A stretch of DNA of 64,000 bases from an uncultured virus (IMG/VR IMGVR_UViG_3300030095_005052) (taxonomy: Duplodnaviria > Heunggongvirae > Uroviricota > Caudoviricetes), in IMG/VR virus record IMGVR_UViG_3300030095_005052. The stretch is one strand, 5' to 3'. The notes under the pieces are model-generated. The model did not search any database and was not told where the DNA came from. It was given only the letters and a program-made list of their open reading frames with translations. How positions within the stretch are numbered: the stretch's first letter is position 1; every line of letters begins with the position of its first letter. Below are positions 10,185 through 19,200 of the stretch, one piece after another. The position numbers and the translations under genes were made by a program.

Positions 10185-11060
10185 TTAACCTCGTTTTGCT
10201 ATTTGTGCATTGCGCCTTTTCACCCATTCGTCAGCACTAAGACTGTCACTTAAACCACGGGGAGCAACCTTTCGGGGTTTTACTCTTGTAGCTTGTGGGA
10301 CTGGCTCTGCCTTCTTGGGCTTCTTGCCGCTTTGCTTCGTTTGAATTTCATCAAAAAGCCTCGCCTTATTTAAAATCTCTATTAAAACAGGATCATAATT
10401 AGTATTGGCTAATTGACTCTGAGATAAACCGCTTTTAATACCAAAATTAAAAACAGCCTTTTCGGTTTCATCGCTCCAGTTAGGAACCACTTTCTCTACC
10501 TTGGCCCTGTTTTGCTCAACTACTCTAGCCGTTTCAGTTCGTGCTTTTTGTTGAGTTTGGGCTTGCAAAGATTGCAATTTATCCACTGCCTGTTGCCTTT
10601 GTTCCCGTAACGCACCCAGTTGTATTTGCGCCTGTTGCGCGGCATTAGGGTCTGTTTGAGACCACGTTGTCCAATCTATCTCATTGTATTGAGCTAGCTG
10701 TTGGTCAATTACGCCTAACTGCGTGTAAGACTCAGTGTGTGCTGTTTGCAACTGCAAAGCCTCTTGAAAACTTTCTCTGTCAGTCTCCAATGCTTTCCGC
10801 TGTTCAGCTACTTCTTGGGTCTTTGTCGTATAATCTGATTGACGCAAAAAAGCGTCTTTTAATTCTTTTGGGACTTTATATTGTTGCCCCTCATATTCTA
10901 CAGTATCGCCATCGTCCACAGATTCAGCTTGTTCTTCCGAATCCTCCTCTGCGTCCTCGTCCAATTCCTGTTCAGTAGTCTCCTCAATATCATCAGGGTC
11001 TACTTCTTCGACAGACTCATCGTCCTCAACGATTCCCTCGATGGGTTCTTCGTCATCCAT
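10185..11060 (-). CDS. Scaffolding protein
   Basis: Acidic N-terminus, DYTTKTQEVAE coiled coil; between portal and coat. Confidence 0.8.
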   Translation of the reverse strand: MDDEEPIEGIVEDDESVEEVDPDDIEETTEQELDEDAEEDSEEQAESVDDGDTVEYEGQQYKVPKELKDAFLRQSDYTTKTQEVAEQRKALETDRESFQEALQLQTAHTESYTQLGVIDQQLAQYNEIDWTTWSQTDPNAAQQAQIQLGALREQRQQAVDKLQSLQAQTQQKARTETARVVEQNRAKVEKVVPNWSDETEKAVFNFGIKSGLSQSQLANTNYDPVLIEILNKARLFDEIQTKQSGKKPKKAEPVPQATRVKPRKVAPRGLSDSLSADEWVKRRNAQIAKRG

Positions 11061-11109
11061 ATTATAACCTCGTTAGTTAAATTCCGACTCCCGATATTGG
11101 GTTAGTCGA

Positions 11110-13095
11110 TTACCTGATAGGGTAATTTATGACAGGGCTGAAACTTTGTGCCTGTGCTAAATCTTTTTGTATTTCGGCCTCTGCTTCAAGCCGATCCGTT
11201 TGAGCCTCGTAGCGGTCAATCTCGACCTTCTGACGATCTATATTTAACTTCTCTTGATCAATTTGTAACTTAGCCGCGTCTACTTGTTGATCACCTTCTA
11301 ACTGTCTGATGCGGTCAACTGCTAGCTGTAACTGGGCCATAATATTTGCCTTCTCAGGGTCTTCTGGCTCACCTTGCGTAATCTTCTCTAGTCGCTTCGC
11401 TATTTCATCAGCTTGAGGCCAATCTAAATTCTTGGCAAAAATATCTCCGATAATTGGTGCGGCCTCTGGGAACACTCGTAATAATTCCATCATCTGAGTT
11501 GCGGCCTCTTCGCGCCTTGAGGTAAAAGATGGGCCAGAGCGTACAACTAAATCATATTTACCCTTTGTTAAATCGTATATGTAGGACTTGGGTTGACCCA
11601 CCTCATCCATCATTGGTTGCCCTTGCTCATCCATCATTGGAATAGGCTGGTTGACTTGAACATTTTGTGGCTTGTCATCCTCGCCTAAGACCCGAATAAT
11701 TCTCTCTCCAGAATAAACGTGAGGGATAAGATCAATAATAATTTTGCCAGCGTGTTGTATCGCCCGATTAAGGTTGTCTATAAAATGATAAGTAGACACA
11801 TCCCCTTCTCTCTGCCGCGCCATAATTGCGCGACCAGATGTTTCGTTTGATGGTGCGCCCATACTCGCATCAAACATTCCCAAGACTTGCTTCATGTCAT
11901 CTGAAGCGTTTAATGCCTCTTGCAACGCTCCCGCTGGTGGGCCAGCAAAAGGTTGTCTTTGCGGTGCGACAGGGCCGTCATATTGCAGATAAGGATGGCT
12001 TTCTGTATTAGCGGTTGCCCATTTGTCACCGTCTTCATCAAACGCCCCTACAGGGCCAACAAACGGAGCTTTTGGGGCTAATGCTACCAACTCAGTGCTT
12101 GCCGTTCTCCAATAGTTATAAATGCGCTGGGGGTCTTTCGCGTCCCTTATTAATGACTTAAAATAACGCTTACCCTCTACCCAGTTCTCCTCACCGTAAA
12201 CTGGAACAATAGGAATGTGCTGACCAACCCAATCAATTTCATCTAAAACCTCAGAGCCTGACAATGTATATCGTTTTACTTTCCAAGACTTAACAGTTCT
12301 TGAGTTCTCAACTTCAATTCCTTGCACGTCAAAATAATCTTTGTTTTCGATATAAACTTTTTCATCAATGACCTGACCATCGTTTAATAAAACTATAGGT
12401 CTGTCGAACTTCTCTCGCTTCCAATAGTCGGCAACTCTTATTGAATCTTCAGTGAACCAATCTAAATCCTGATCGACTTCAAAGTTTCCATCCCAATCTG
12501 ATTTTTCTGCATCAGGAAATTCAGCCTCAAAATCTTTCATGCTCATCATGTCGCTGATAAAAGCGCAGTTCCAATCAGAACTATCTGCGGCTGTACTTCG
12601 GGGATCGCCATGCACAGTAAACGGGTTGGCAATTCTTTTTATAATAATATCTTGTTCAAACGTATCGTTATAAGCGTAATCAACATCAATCATAAAATAA
12701 CCGAAGCCACCAGTAACAGCATCTAATAAAGCCGTGTCATACGCCTCGTCAGCATTACTTGTAATTTGTATATTCCGAATTAGTCCATTTAATATTTCAG
12801 CACATTCTAAATCTGCTGAACTGTCTACAGGATGGACTTTTATTGTTGGGGTGTTTTGCCGCGCATCATTTGCTACCTGACGGATAAATGCTGGCATCCT
12901 GTTAATAGTCAACGTTGGACGTCCATCTCTCGCCCTTTTGTTTCTGTCAGCTTCGTCCCACTGCTGGCCTAGCCTTGCAAACTTTATGTCTGAATTAGCA
13001 TTTTCGCGGTTCTCTTCTTCCGCTTCCTGTGCATCCTCAAACGCCTCTTTTGCTTCTTCTAAAATATCTGTTTCATTTGCCATTAGCTCATCCAA
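11110..13095 (-). CDS. Portal protein, P22 gp1-like
   Basis: GQQW...GRPTLTINRM, SNETSGRAI, GKYDLVV motifs and a C-terminal coiled barrel. Confidence 0.9.
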   Translation of the reverse strand: MDELMANETDILEEAKEAFEDAQEAEEENRENANSDIKFARLGQQWDEADRNKRARDGRPTLTINRMPAFIRQVANDARQNTPTIKVHPVDSSADLECAEILNGLIRNIQITSNADEAYDTALLDAVTGGFGYFMIDVDYAYNDTFEQDIIIKRIANPFTVHGDPRSTAADSSDWNCAFISDMMSMKDFEAEFPDAEKSDWDGNFEVDQDLDWFTEDSIRVADYWKREKFDRPIVLLNDGQVIDEKVYIENKDYFDVQGIEVENSRTVKSWKVKRYTLSGSEVLDEIDWVGQHIPIVPVYGEENWVEGKRYFKSLIRDAKDPQRIYNYWRTASTELVALAPKAPFVGPVGAFDEDGDKWATANTESHPYLQYDGPVAPQRQPFAGPPAGALQEALNASDDMKQVLGMFDASMGAPSNETSGRAIMARQREGDVSTYHFIDNLNRAIQHAGKIIIDLIPHVYSGERIIRVLGEDDKPQNVQVNQPIPMMDEQGQPMMDEVGQPKSYIYDLTKGKYDLVVRSGPSFTSRREEAATQMMELLRVFPEAAPIIGDIFAKNLDWPQADEIAKRLEKITQGEPEDPEKANIMAQLQLAVDRIRQLEGDQQVDAAKLQIDQEKLNIDRQKVEIDRYEAQTDRLEAEAEIQKDLAQAQSFSPVINYPIR

Positions 13096-14333
13096 GACCG
13101 TGCTTCTTTATTGCGATGGTCAATCTTAGGTTTCTGTCTATTTAACTTTGGGAATAACTCAGTCATTGCCCAAACCAAAGCGTCTACTCGATCTGGTGAA
13201 TTATCATTGCCTTGATAACCAGAAGGTGTCATCTGGCACATTTGATCTTCTAATTGTGTAAAAGTCCCAGCGTGTGAAACTCGCCCTAACGAATAGAGTG
13301 CAGAAATTGGCTCTGCGCGAACGTGCTTCCCCTTGCTTGCCCGAACCTCAACTATCCGTATCCCCAGCCTTACGCTCTCAAGCGTATGCCGAACCATGTC
13401 ACCACCCTGATTAATTTCTATTACTATCGCGTCTGCATCGTGCTTATCATATGCGGCAATTGCTTGCTCTGCCCATTGTTTTGGACTGCCATGTCTCGAT
13501 AAATCATCAAGAACGTAACCGCGCTGATCTTCTCCTATACCACAAACAATAATGCCATGTTCGTCACCACCACTTTCAGTGATCGCTGGGTCAACAGCTA
13601 CAACAATTCGTGTCATCTCTGGTGGGTCTAATCTGCGATGAGCGTGGATTGTTGTTCTCTCCCACAATGCGGCAATAACATTGCTCTCGTACTCGCCTAA
13701 CCAAATATGTGGGTAACGATCTCTATTATTTTTCTCGTCAAAACTTCTTTCGTTTTCCAACTCTTGTGGGAAAAACGGATTGTCAGAATAGTTAACTTTG
13801 CGGATGATAGAATTGTCTGGGACAATCTCACCTCGAAATCTTTTGTCTATTGGGTCACTGTTATGACGTGGATTCCAACTAAACCAAATCTCTGACTTCT
13901 CTTTTCTTATTGTTGGTATTAAAATCTGTAAACTCTTTTCAGATATCGTGTGCGCCTCTTCAACAAAAACGCGGTCAATGCCCTCCATGCTTTTTAACTG
14001 GTCAGCCGTCATTTTGCCTAAACCAGAAAAAATAAAGTTTGTTCCGTTTGCGCCTCTAATTTCATTTTGCAGAGATGTATAAAACGACTCCATTCCATAT
14101 TCTTTAATCTTGTCATCAAGAAGCTGTTTCACACTATCCTTAATTGATAACTGAACTTCTCGCGCACATAATATTCTTAGCGGCCTCTCACCACCCTGTA
14201 TTAACAAAGCTGTCGCAAAAGAGTGAGACTTGCCCGAACCTCGTCCACCAAAGAAACATTTGTAACGTGATGGCTCAGATAGCTCTCTAAATGCTTTAGG
14301 AAGAACTATTGTCTGGGTCTGCATATTTAACAT
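13083..14333 (-). CDS. terL: Terminase large subunit (PBSX-type)
   Basis: GGRGSGKS Walker A, VEEA Walker B, AVDPA and DRVDAL nuclease motifs. Confidence 0.93.
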   Translation of the reverse strand: MLNMQTQTIVLPKAFRELSEPSRYKCFFGGRGSGKSHSFATALLIQGGERPLRILCAREVQLSIKDSVKQLLDDKIKEYGMESFYTSLQNEIRGANGTNFIFSGLGKMTADQLKSMEGIDRVFVEEAHTISEKSLQILIPTIRKEKSEIWFSWNPRHNSDPIDKRFRGEIVPDNSIIRKVNYSDNPFFPQELENERSFDEKNNRDRYPHIWLGEYESNVIAALWERTTIHAHRRLDPPEMTRIVVAVDPAITESGGDEHGIIVCGIGEDQRGYVLDDLSRHGSPKQWAEQAIAAYDKHDADAIVIEINQGGDMVRHTLESVRLGIRIVEVRASKGKHVRAEPISALYSLGRVSHAGTFTQLEDQMCQMTPSGYQGNDNSPDRVDALVWAMTELFPKLNRQKPKIDHRNKEARSWMS

Positions 14334-14574
14334 TAAATGATAAATTTAGTGGGTTCGCTTCATCTCCAGAAAGTTCTACACTAGATAAATCTGGGAGCGT
14401 TTTCTTTAACAATCCAAGAGCTACTGTGATCTGGTCTCTGTTCATTTCTATCGGCTTGCCAGTTTTGCCATCAACGCCGCCTAAAACAAAATTATTCAAT
14501 CTGTTAACAAGCTGACTTGTTTGTATTTTCTCCCTTGTTTTAGGGTCATGTTTTAAAGTTATTCTTCGCGCCAT
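14296..14574 (-). CDS. Probable terminase small subunit
   Basis: Directly upstream of terL; C-terminal VELSGDEANPL is typical of TerS. Confidence 0.55.
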   Translation of the reverse strand: MARRITLKHDPKTREKIQTSQLVNRLNNFVLGGVDGKTGKPIEMNRDQITVALGLLKKTLPDLSSVELSGDEANPLNLSFNVKYADPDNSSS

Positions 14575-15086
14575 CAGCTTCTCCCTACAAAGACTGTTTC
14601 TGCAAACAAGTTATTGTCAAAGAGACCCCAGACGCAATTATCTTTTCCTGTCGTATTGCCGAACCATTTCACTCGACCAATACTGATAATTTTTTTACAG
14701 CTTACCATAAAAGGTATTGCTTGCTTGGTGTGCATCCAATCGGCATCGAATAAAAGCCACGTTGGTTTTTTTACCCGAAAGAAATCAATCAAAGGATGTA
14801 ATATATTTCTATCCCAAGGAGGGTTAGTAATTACATATTCTGATTTTATATTTTGGACTTCAGTAAAATCTTTTTTTATTATTCCTTCATGTTGCGGTTC
14901 GATGTCACTTGCCCACAAACAGTTCCCACCATAATATTCAAGATGTCTACATAACGCTCCATTACCAGCGCAAGGTTCCGCAAAAGTAAAATCTTGTGAT
15001 AAATGTTTTATAAGTGGTTCAACCGCCTCTATCGGTGTTGAATAAAAATCTCTTTTTTTTCGTTTAAAGTTTGACCGTTTGCCCAT
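14574..15086 (-). CDS. Amino (probably N6-adenine) DNA methyltransferase
   Basis: DFYSTP, EPCAGNG (motif I) and TNPPW (motif IV). Confidence 0.8.
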   Translation of the reverse strand: MGKRSNFKRKKRDFYSTPIEAVEPLIKHLSQDFTFAEPCAGNGALCRHLEYYGGNCLWASDIEPQHEGIIKKDFTEVQNIKSEYVITNPPWDRNILHPLIDFFRVKKPTWLLFDADWMHTKQAIPFMVSCKKIISIGRVKWFGNTTGKDNCVWGLFDNNLFAETVFVGRS

Positions 15087-15108
15087 TTGAGAGTCCTATC
15101 GGTTGTTC

Positions 15109-15267
15109 TCAGTGTAAAGTATCTGTCTCTAAATCATCATCTATGTCTGTAAACTCAATTACGTTTTGAGATAACTCATGCAAAGCATCTGCAATTTCTG
15201 ATATTTCTGATAATGTAAATTCTTTTTCTATTAAGTCGTAAAATATTTGTCTTATTTCTTCGTCCAT
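15109..15267 (-). CDS. 52-aa acidic peptide, first gene of the late operon
   Basis: GAGGT RBS then MDEEIRQIFYDLIE... Confidence 0.55.
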   Translation of the reverse strand: MDEEIRQIFYDLIEKEFTLSEISEIADALHELSQNVIEFTDIDDDLETDTLH

Positions 15268-15348
15268 GCGCACCTCATTCAATAGCCTCTCGCCTAAATC
15301 TCTAGTTTAAAATATTTCTGTACTGATAGATTTTGCGTAGGCTAAACG

Positions 15349-15376
15349 TAAAAAACCCCACTTTTCAGCGAGGCTT
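15349..15376 (-). terminator. tR'-like terminator just downstream of the late promoter
   Basis: AAGCCTCGCT-GAAA-AGTGGGGTTTTTT. Confidence 0.7.
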
Positions 15377-15414
15377 TAATTCCAAATTCTAGGCATAGGT
15401 GTTGCGATGCGCTA

Positions 15415-15443
15415 ATTATCGTTCTTTTGAATTTTTTGCGCAA
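15415..15443 (-). promoter_or_regulatory. PR'-like late promoter
   Basis: TTGCGC-N17-GATAAT; the equivalent site in B is TTGCGA-N17-GATAAG. Confidence 0.55.
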
Positions 15444-15473
15444 TACTTAAATGAACTTTTTTTATCTTTTTTC

Positions 15474-15503
15474 TTGACCATTACCTGTTAATGATGGTAA
15501 ATT
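15474..15503 (+). promoter_or_regulatory. Moron promoter with a palindromic CCATTACCTGTTAATG box
   Basis: TTGACC...TAAATT; the same 16-mer occurs at 25853. Confidence 0.55.
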
Positions 15504-15538
15504 GAATTAAGACAACCAAAAACATAAAGGAACAACCA

Positions 15539-16021
15539 ATGATTACTAGATACAAAGTTGAAGAAAAAACCACAGTACCAAGCAACCCAAACGATGAAGC
15601 GACAGTTTATGTTTCAAATCTTTTTAATACCGTAGGGGAAGCAGAAGCATATATTGAAAAGCGAAAAACCCCTCATTCAGAGATTGTTCGTGAGTATAAA
15701 ATAATTGATGTTATTTGTAATTACGCAAACAACAGCGGTTATAGCGATATGCACCCATATGAAATTGTTTCAGTTATTTCTGATAAAACAATAGAAATAA
15801 GAGAAATGGACTCTGAAGAATTACCTTGGAAACGTGATTTTCACGAAGGTGGTTTTTTTGGACATACAGCTAATCAAGACAAACAAAAATGGGATATTAA
15901 ATCCAACGAAAAAAACCAAACTTTTAAAGCTCGTTTACGAAAAGACGGTTACTTCCACTCAAATATGGGCAAGCACTATATTGAAGAAGAGCCTCGCAGA
16001 TTTCACGATTATAATTTTTAA
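15539..16021 (+). CDS. Moron, hypothetical protein
   Basis: Own promoter, AAGGA RBS and terminator; opposite strand to its neighbours. Confidence 0.75.
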   Translation: MITRYKVEEKTTVPSNPNDEATVYVSNLFNTVGEAEAYIEKRKTPHSEIVREYKIIDVICNYANNSGYSDMHPYEIVSVISDKTIEIREMDSEELPWKRDFHEGGFFGHTANQDKQKWDIKSNEKNQTFKARLRKDGYFHSNMGKHYIEEEPRRFHDYNF

Positions 16022-16030
16022 TTACGTATA

Positions 16031-16057
16031 GGGGTGGGATTAATTTCTCACCTCTTT
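16031..16057 (+). terminator. Terminator hairpin, copy 1
   Basis: GGGGTGGGA-TTAATT-TCTCACCTC-TTT. Confidence 0.65.
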
Positions 16058-16202
16058 ATGTTGCCACTTATTTATGATATAAATATTTATCAGCAATTAC
16101 CAAAAAGACCTTTAGAAAAATTGTATTAGCTGGCTCGTTCATAAAATTAACAGAAACGATTTATTTCTTAGTACGTTAGTGAAGAAACCTTCGTAGCTAA
16201 TA

Positions 16203-16232
16203 AGGGGTGAGATTAATTTCTCACCCTTTTTT
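16203..16232. terminator. Terminator hairpin, copy 2 (probably bidirectional)
   Basis: GGGTGAGA-TTAATT-TCTCACCC-TTTTTT. Confidence 0.7.
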
Positions 16233-16278
16233 ATAACAAAGATAATATTGCAATAATAATATCAATCATTTTATTTTC

Positions 16279-16692
16279 CTAATAAAGTTGAAGTGATTTC
16301 TTAAACATCTCAAAGTCAATTTTCTCGCCATCCATGATGCACCGCATGATACTACAAAAATTTTTATACCCAAACCTTTTGACAACCTTGTTTGACCATT
16401 CCCGATATAATCTACCCTCTTTTGGCTCTGGATTATTTGTAGAGCCAGCCCGACCCGTTGAGCTATAATCTTTAACTTTGTAATCTATATTACCAGAAGT
16501 GACTTTTTTCCCTACTCTTATTTTGATAACAATCTCTTCTAATACAGCATTTAATTTTCCAGATGCCGCCCAAATTAAAATAGGGTCTGGATGTTTACGA
16601 GCGTGATCTAAAGTTTCTGGCGTAGTAAAGCCATGATTTTTCTCCGACTGCTCAGTTTTGTCTTCATCCACTATACTTGCTCTTTTTCCCAA
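16279..16692 (-). CDS. Putative late-gene regulator in the Q position
   Basis: Last gene of the replication operon, upstream of a PR'/tR'-like pair; homolog at 55434-55842. Confidence 0.45.
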   Translation of the reverse strand: MGKRASIVDEDKTEQSEKNHGFTTPETLDHARKHPDPILIWAASGKLNAVLEEIVIKIRVGKKVTSGNIDYKVKDYSSTGRAGSTNNPEPKEGRLYREWSNKVVKRFGYKNFCSIMRCIMDGEKIDFEMFKKSLQLY

Positions 16693-17069
16693 ATTTTTAA
16701 TTGATGTTTACCTACAGTGTTTATATGCTCGTCTTTCTCAAACGGACATCCTTCAATGTTGCATGGCATGGTGTGATTTTCTGGCGTTGGGGCTTGATGT
16801 CTGCCAATTAATGAAATCTGGCAATGATCGCAAATACCTACGACCTTTAAATTTTTTGCTTTCCGTCTTAACACATCCAAATTGCCTTCATCGACAGCTT
16901 TTAAAACTTGTTTCATGTAATAAATAATTGCTTTGGGATTATTAATTCCAGACATTCGTTGCATGAAATATTTTACTGCCAAACGATCTTTTTTTAATCG
17001 CGTCTTCAACGCATGATTTTCTTCTCGCAATTCTTTGCTAATTTTTTCACTTAACTCAATTCTACTCAC
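16671..17069 (-). CDS. Coiled-coil protein with a C-terminal Zn finger
   Basis: CDHC...MPCNIEGCP; homolog of 55839-56426. Confidence 0.65.
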   Translation of the reverse strand: MSRIELSEKISKELREENHALKTRLKKDRLAVKYFMQRMSGINNPKAIIYYMKQVLKAVDEGNLDVLRRKAKNLKVVGICDHCQISLIGRHQAPTPENHTMPCNIEGCPFEKDEHINTVGKHQLKIWEKEQV

Positions 17070-17614
17070 GAAACCTTCCTCGCCACATTCTCAAAATTAA
17101 TATTGCCCTTACTTTGCCGTAAAAGATTATTGTTTTTCCACTCAGCAATTTTCTCGCTAGGAATCGTAATATCTAATTCAGCATCAGGATTTTCTCGTAA
17201 AATCTTCAGAGCTTGCCCAACCAAATATTTTCGTGCGTCTACAAAAAAGCCTTCCCTATATGCCCGTAAATTTTTATCGAGTTTTTCGTTGGCGTAATCG
17301 TGCGCTCTATTCGTTCTATTAACTGCCCTCATTTCATCAGTATCGGTTTCTGTCGGCTGATCATAACCCCCCATTTTTTTACAAGCAGATATAAACTCAC
17401 CGCTTGAAGGCCAGTTTTTATATTTGTGGTTTTTCCTTACCGAATGAAACGCTTGCTTTAAAATCTCTTCAGAGAAATTTTTAAGGTCATCAACGTAATC
17501 GCCAATTATTATTTCAAGATTCCCATCTGGTGCTTTCCAACCGCGCTCTTGCATTGGAGCAATGATGCACTTTTTTACTTTCGATTTAACTTCTAAACTG
17601 TATAAACTGGACAT
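17066..17614 (-). CDS. Replication accessory protein (P/helicase-loader position)
   Basis: Follows the initiator; WPSSGEF motif resembles loader/inhibitor N-domains. Confidence 0.45.
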   Translation of the reverse strand: MSSLYSLEVKSKVKKCIIAPMQERGWKAPDGNLEIIIGDYVDDLKNFSEEILKQAFHSVRKNHKYKNWPSSGEFISACKKMGGYDQPTETDTDEMRAVNRTNRAHDYANEKLDKNLRAYREGFFVDARKYLVGQALKILRENPDAELDITIPSEKIAEWKNNNLLRQSKGNINFENVARKVS

Positions 17615-18228
17615 TAGATCGCCTCCAATATTTTGTTGACCTCATCAGATCGGTCAGGTTTTTCTTTAGAAAATTTAATTGCGTTGTTTAGCCAAGTTGC
17701 CCCAAAGGACATTCTGGGAGCTTTTACCGCAGAGCCTTTTTCCAAGTGGTAGGCTTTCCACAAATCAAATTCAGTATGGATGTTTAAAGAGGGAAATTTT
17801 TTTGATAATTCAGTGTTCCACTTTTCTGGTAAAACCAAATCTTCAGAGAAAATTATTTTTGGCTTAATCTTCTCTTCTCTTCTCTTTACTATATTCTCTT
17901 TCTCTTCTCTTCTCTTCTCTATGGCATCATCTTGATATCGTTCTGATATCATCTTGTTATCATCTTGAATAATCCAATGATTTAAATGGCTTATAGATTT
18001 TTCAATAACTTTGATATCTTTACGTAATCTAAATGATATAGTTTTGATATCAGGGAGATATCCATCTGTCTCAGACCCTAGCAACCAAAGTTCTACAAGT
18101 ATTTTTGCATTGATTGGCTCTAAGTTTGCCCACTCAATATCGTTTAATAATCCGCGATAGACTTTGATCCAAATTGGGCTTCTATCTTTGAAATGTTGGA
18201 AGTCATTCCAGTTTTTAATTTTATACAT
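17614..18228 (-). CDS. Replication initiator, lambda O-like
   Basis: IKNWNDFQHFKDRSPIWIK N-terminus, EKRREEK linker, internal iterons. Confidence 0.7.
   Translation of the reverse strand: MYKIKNWNDFQHFKDRSPIWIKVYRGLLNDIEWANLEPINAKILVELWLLGSETDGYLPDIKTISFRLRKDIKVIEKSISHLNHWIIQDDNKMISERYQDDAIEKRREEKENIVKRREEKIKPKIIFSEDLVLPEKWNTELSKKFPSLNIHTEFDLWKAYHLEKGSAVKAPRMSFGATWLNNAIKFSKEKPDRSDEVNKILEAI
17929..17970. repeat. Four ~11-bp iterons (ATCTTGATATC-like), putative ori of A
   Basis: Tandem repeats inside the initiator gene next to a purine/pyrimidine-skewed tract. Confidence 0.6.
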
Positions 18229-18416
18229 TTTTGATCCTTAAATTTAGTCAGATATTCGGCTTCCGATTTTCTCTGACAGGTTGCACAAATATCCACGCCA
18301 CCTACTCTTATTATTTCTGTTGTCTCAGTTTCAGTAATTTCACAGAAATGCCTTCTAATTATTTTTTTTGGTTGTTTATTTACGAATCCTTCCCCCCGAC
18401 ATTCGGGACACTTCAT
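18144..18416 (-). CDS. Small Zn-finger protein
   Basis: CPECRGEG and CATC. Confidence 0.55.
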   Translation of the reverse strand: MKCPECRGEGFVNKQPKKIIRRHFCEITETETTEIIRVGGVDICATCQRKSEAEYLTKFKDQKCIKLKTGMTSNISKIEAQFGSKSIADY

Positions 18417-18733
18417 TTTTTTATTAGCTCTAAAAATACTTGTTCTGGGAGAATGAAAAACGGGTCTTGCCTGTCCTCTTTGACTACAAGAAAATCATTG
18501 TCTCCAAGAGCGTCTCGCCAAAATTTCGGAATTGCTTTTCTAGCTTTCACCTCTCCGCAGTAAGGGGCTGGTCTGCCAGCTACATAAACGTCAACGTCGT
18601 GTGATTTTGTTGCCCCAAATTGTCCGCGCCTTGCATCTATTCGTTCAGCCTTGTTCCCATTGTCTTTAAAAAGCTGAACAACCTCACGCTCAACGCGAGA
18701 ACCTTTAATTTTTGCAGATCGACCACCCATCAA
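18413..18733 (-). CDS. Hjc-like PD-(D/E)XK Holliday junction resolvase
   Basis: KGSRVERE...D...EVKARK. Confidence 0.7.
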   Translation of the reverse strand: MMGGRSAKIKGSRVEREVVQLFKDNGNKAERIDARRGQFGATKSHDVDVYVAGRPAPYCGEVKARKAIPKFWRDALGDNDFLVVKEDRQDPFFILPEQVFLELIKK

Positions 18734-19089
18734 GCGTATACATCTACGCCAGTGGTTTTCTTGGGAGCGACTTCTGTCGGCTCGTCTTTTAACGGTCTTG
18801 TTCTAAAAAACCCTTCGTACTCTGGGTAGTCTTTCATAAACTTACGAGAGTAATATCCGATCTTGTCGTTGGATATTTTGAAGTCTCCAGCGTCAGTTAC
18901 AACTGAGGTCTCCCATCGGATACGGTTTATAATAAACCAAGCCGACAACTTTTGATGACCGCGCTCGATTGCTTCGAACGTAAAACGCTTAAAAAGATTA
19001 TACACATCAGGATGCCTCCCATGCCATTCGACAAATTTTTGATAATTAGTTGGTTTAAAATCAATTTCAAAATTAAAATCTGTTTGCAT
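18730..19089 (-). CDS. Conserved phage hypothetical protein
   Basis: RIRWET...FKISND...YYSR...GFFRTR; AGGAG RBS. Confidence 0.7.
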   Translation of the reverse strand: MQTDFNFEIDFKPTNYQKFVEWHGRHPDVYNLFKRFTFEAIERGHQKLSAWFIINRIRWETSVVTDAGDFKISNDKIGYYSRKFMKDYPEYEGFFRTRPLKDEPTEVAPKKTTGVDVYA

Positions 19090-19137
19090 TGTTTTCTCCT
19101 AAATTTGACAAGTTGATCTAAGTCGTGGTTTAATAAA

Positions 19138-19187
19138 TATTATACCGTGTATTATCATTTATAATATAACACGGTGCAATATGTCAA
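19138..19187. promoter_or_regulatory. OR-like region of A: two TATAAyACGGTrCAATA-type operators and a leftward TTGACA promoter
   Basis: Motif at 19138-19154 (inverted) and 19165-19182; recurs at 20274 and 20305. Confidence 0.65.
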
Positions 19188-19200
19188 CTAAAAGGAAAAA

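Noticed and set aside
846..14934. Plus-strand ORFs overlapping the structural genes (also across 34.5-48.4 kb and 57.7-59.1 kb)
   Set aside because: Antisense shadows of long genuine genes, with no RBS or recognisable motifs.
16031..16232. Mini-CRISPR (two palindromic repeats)
   Set aside because: Only two copies, a ~145-bp interval, and both look like U-tailed terminators.
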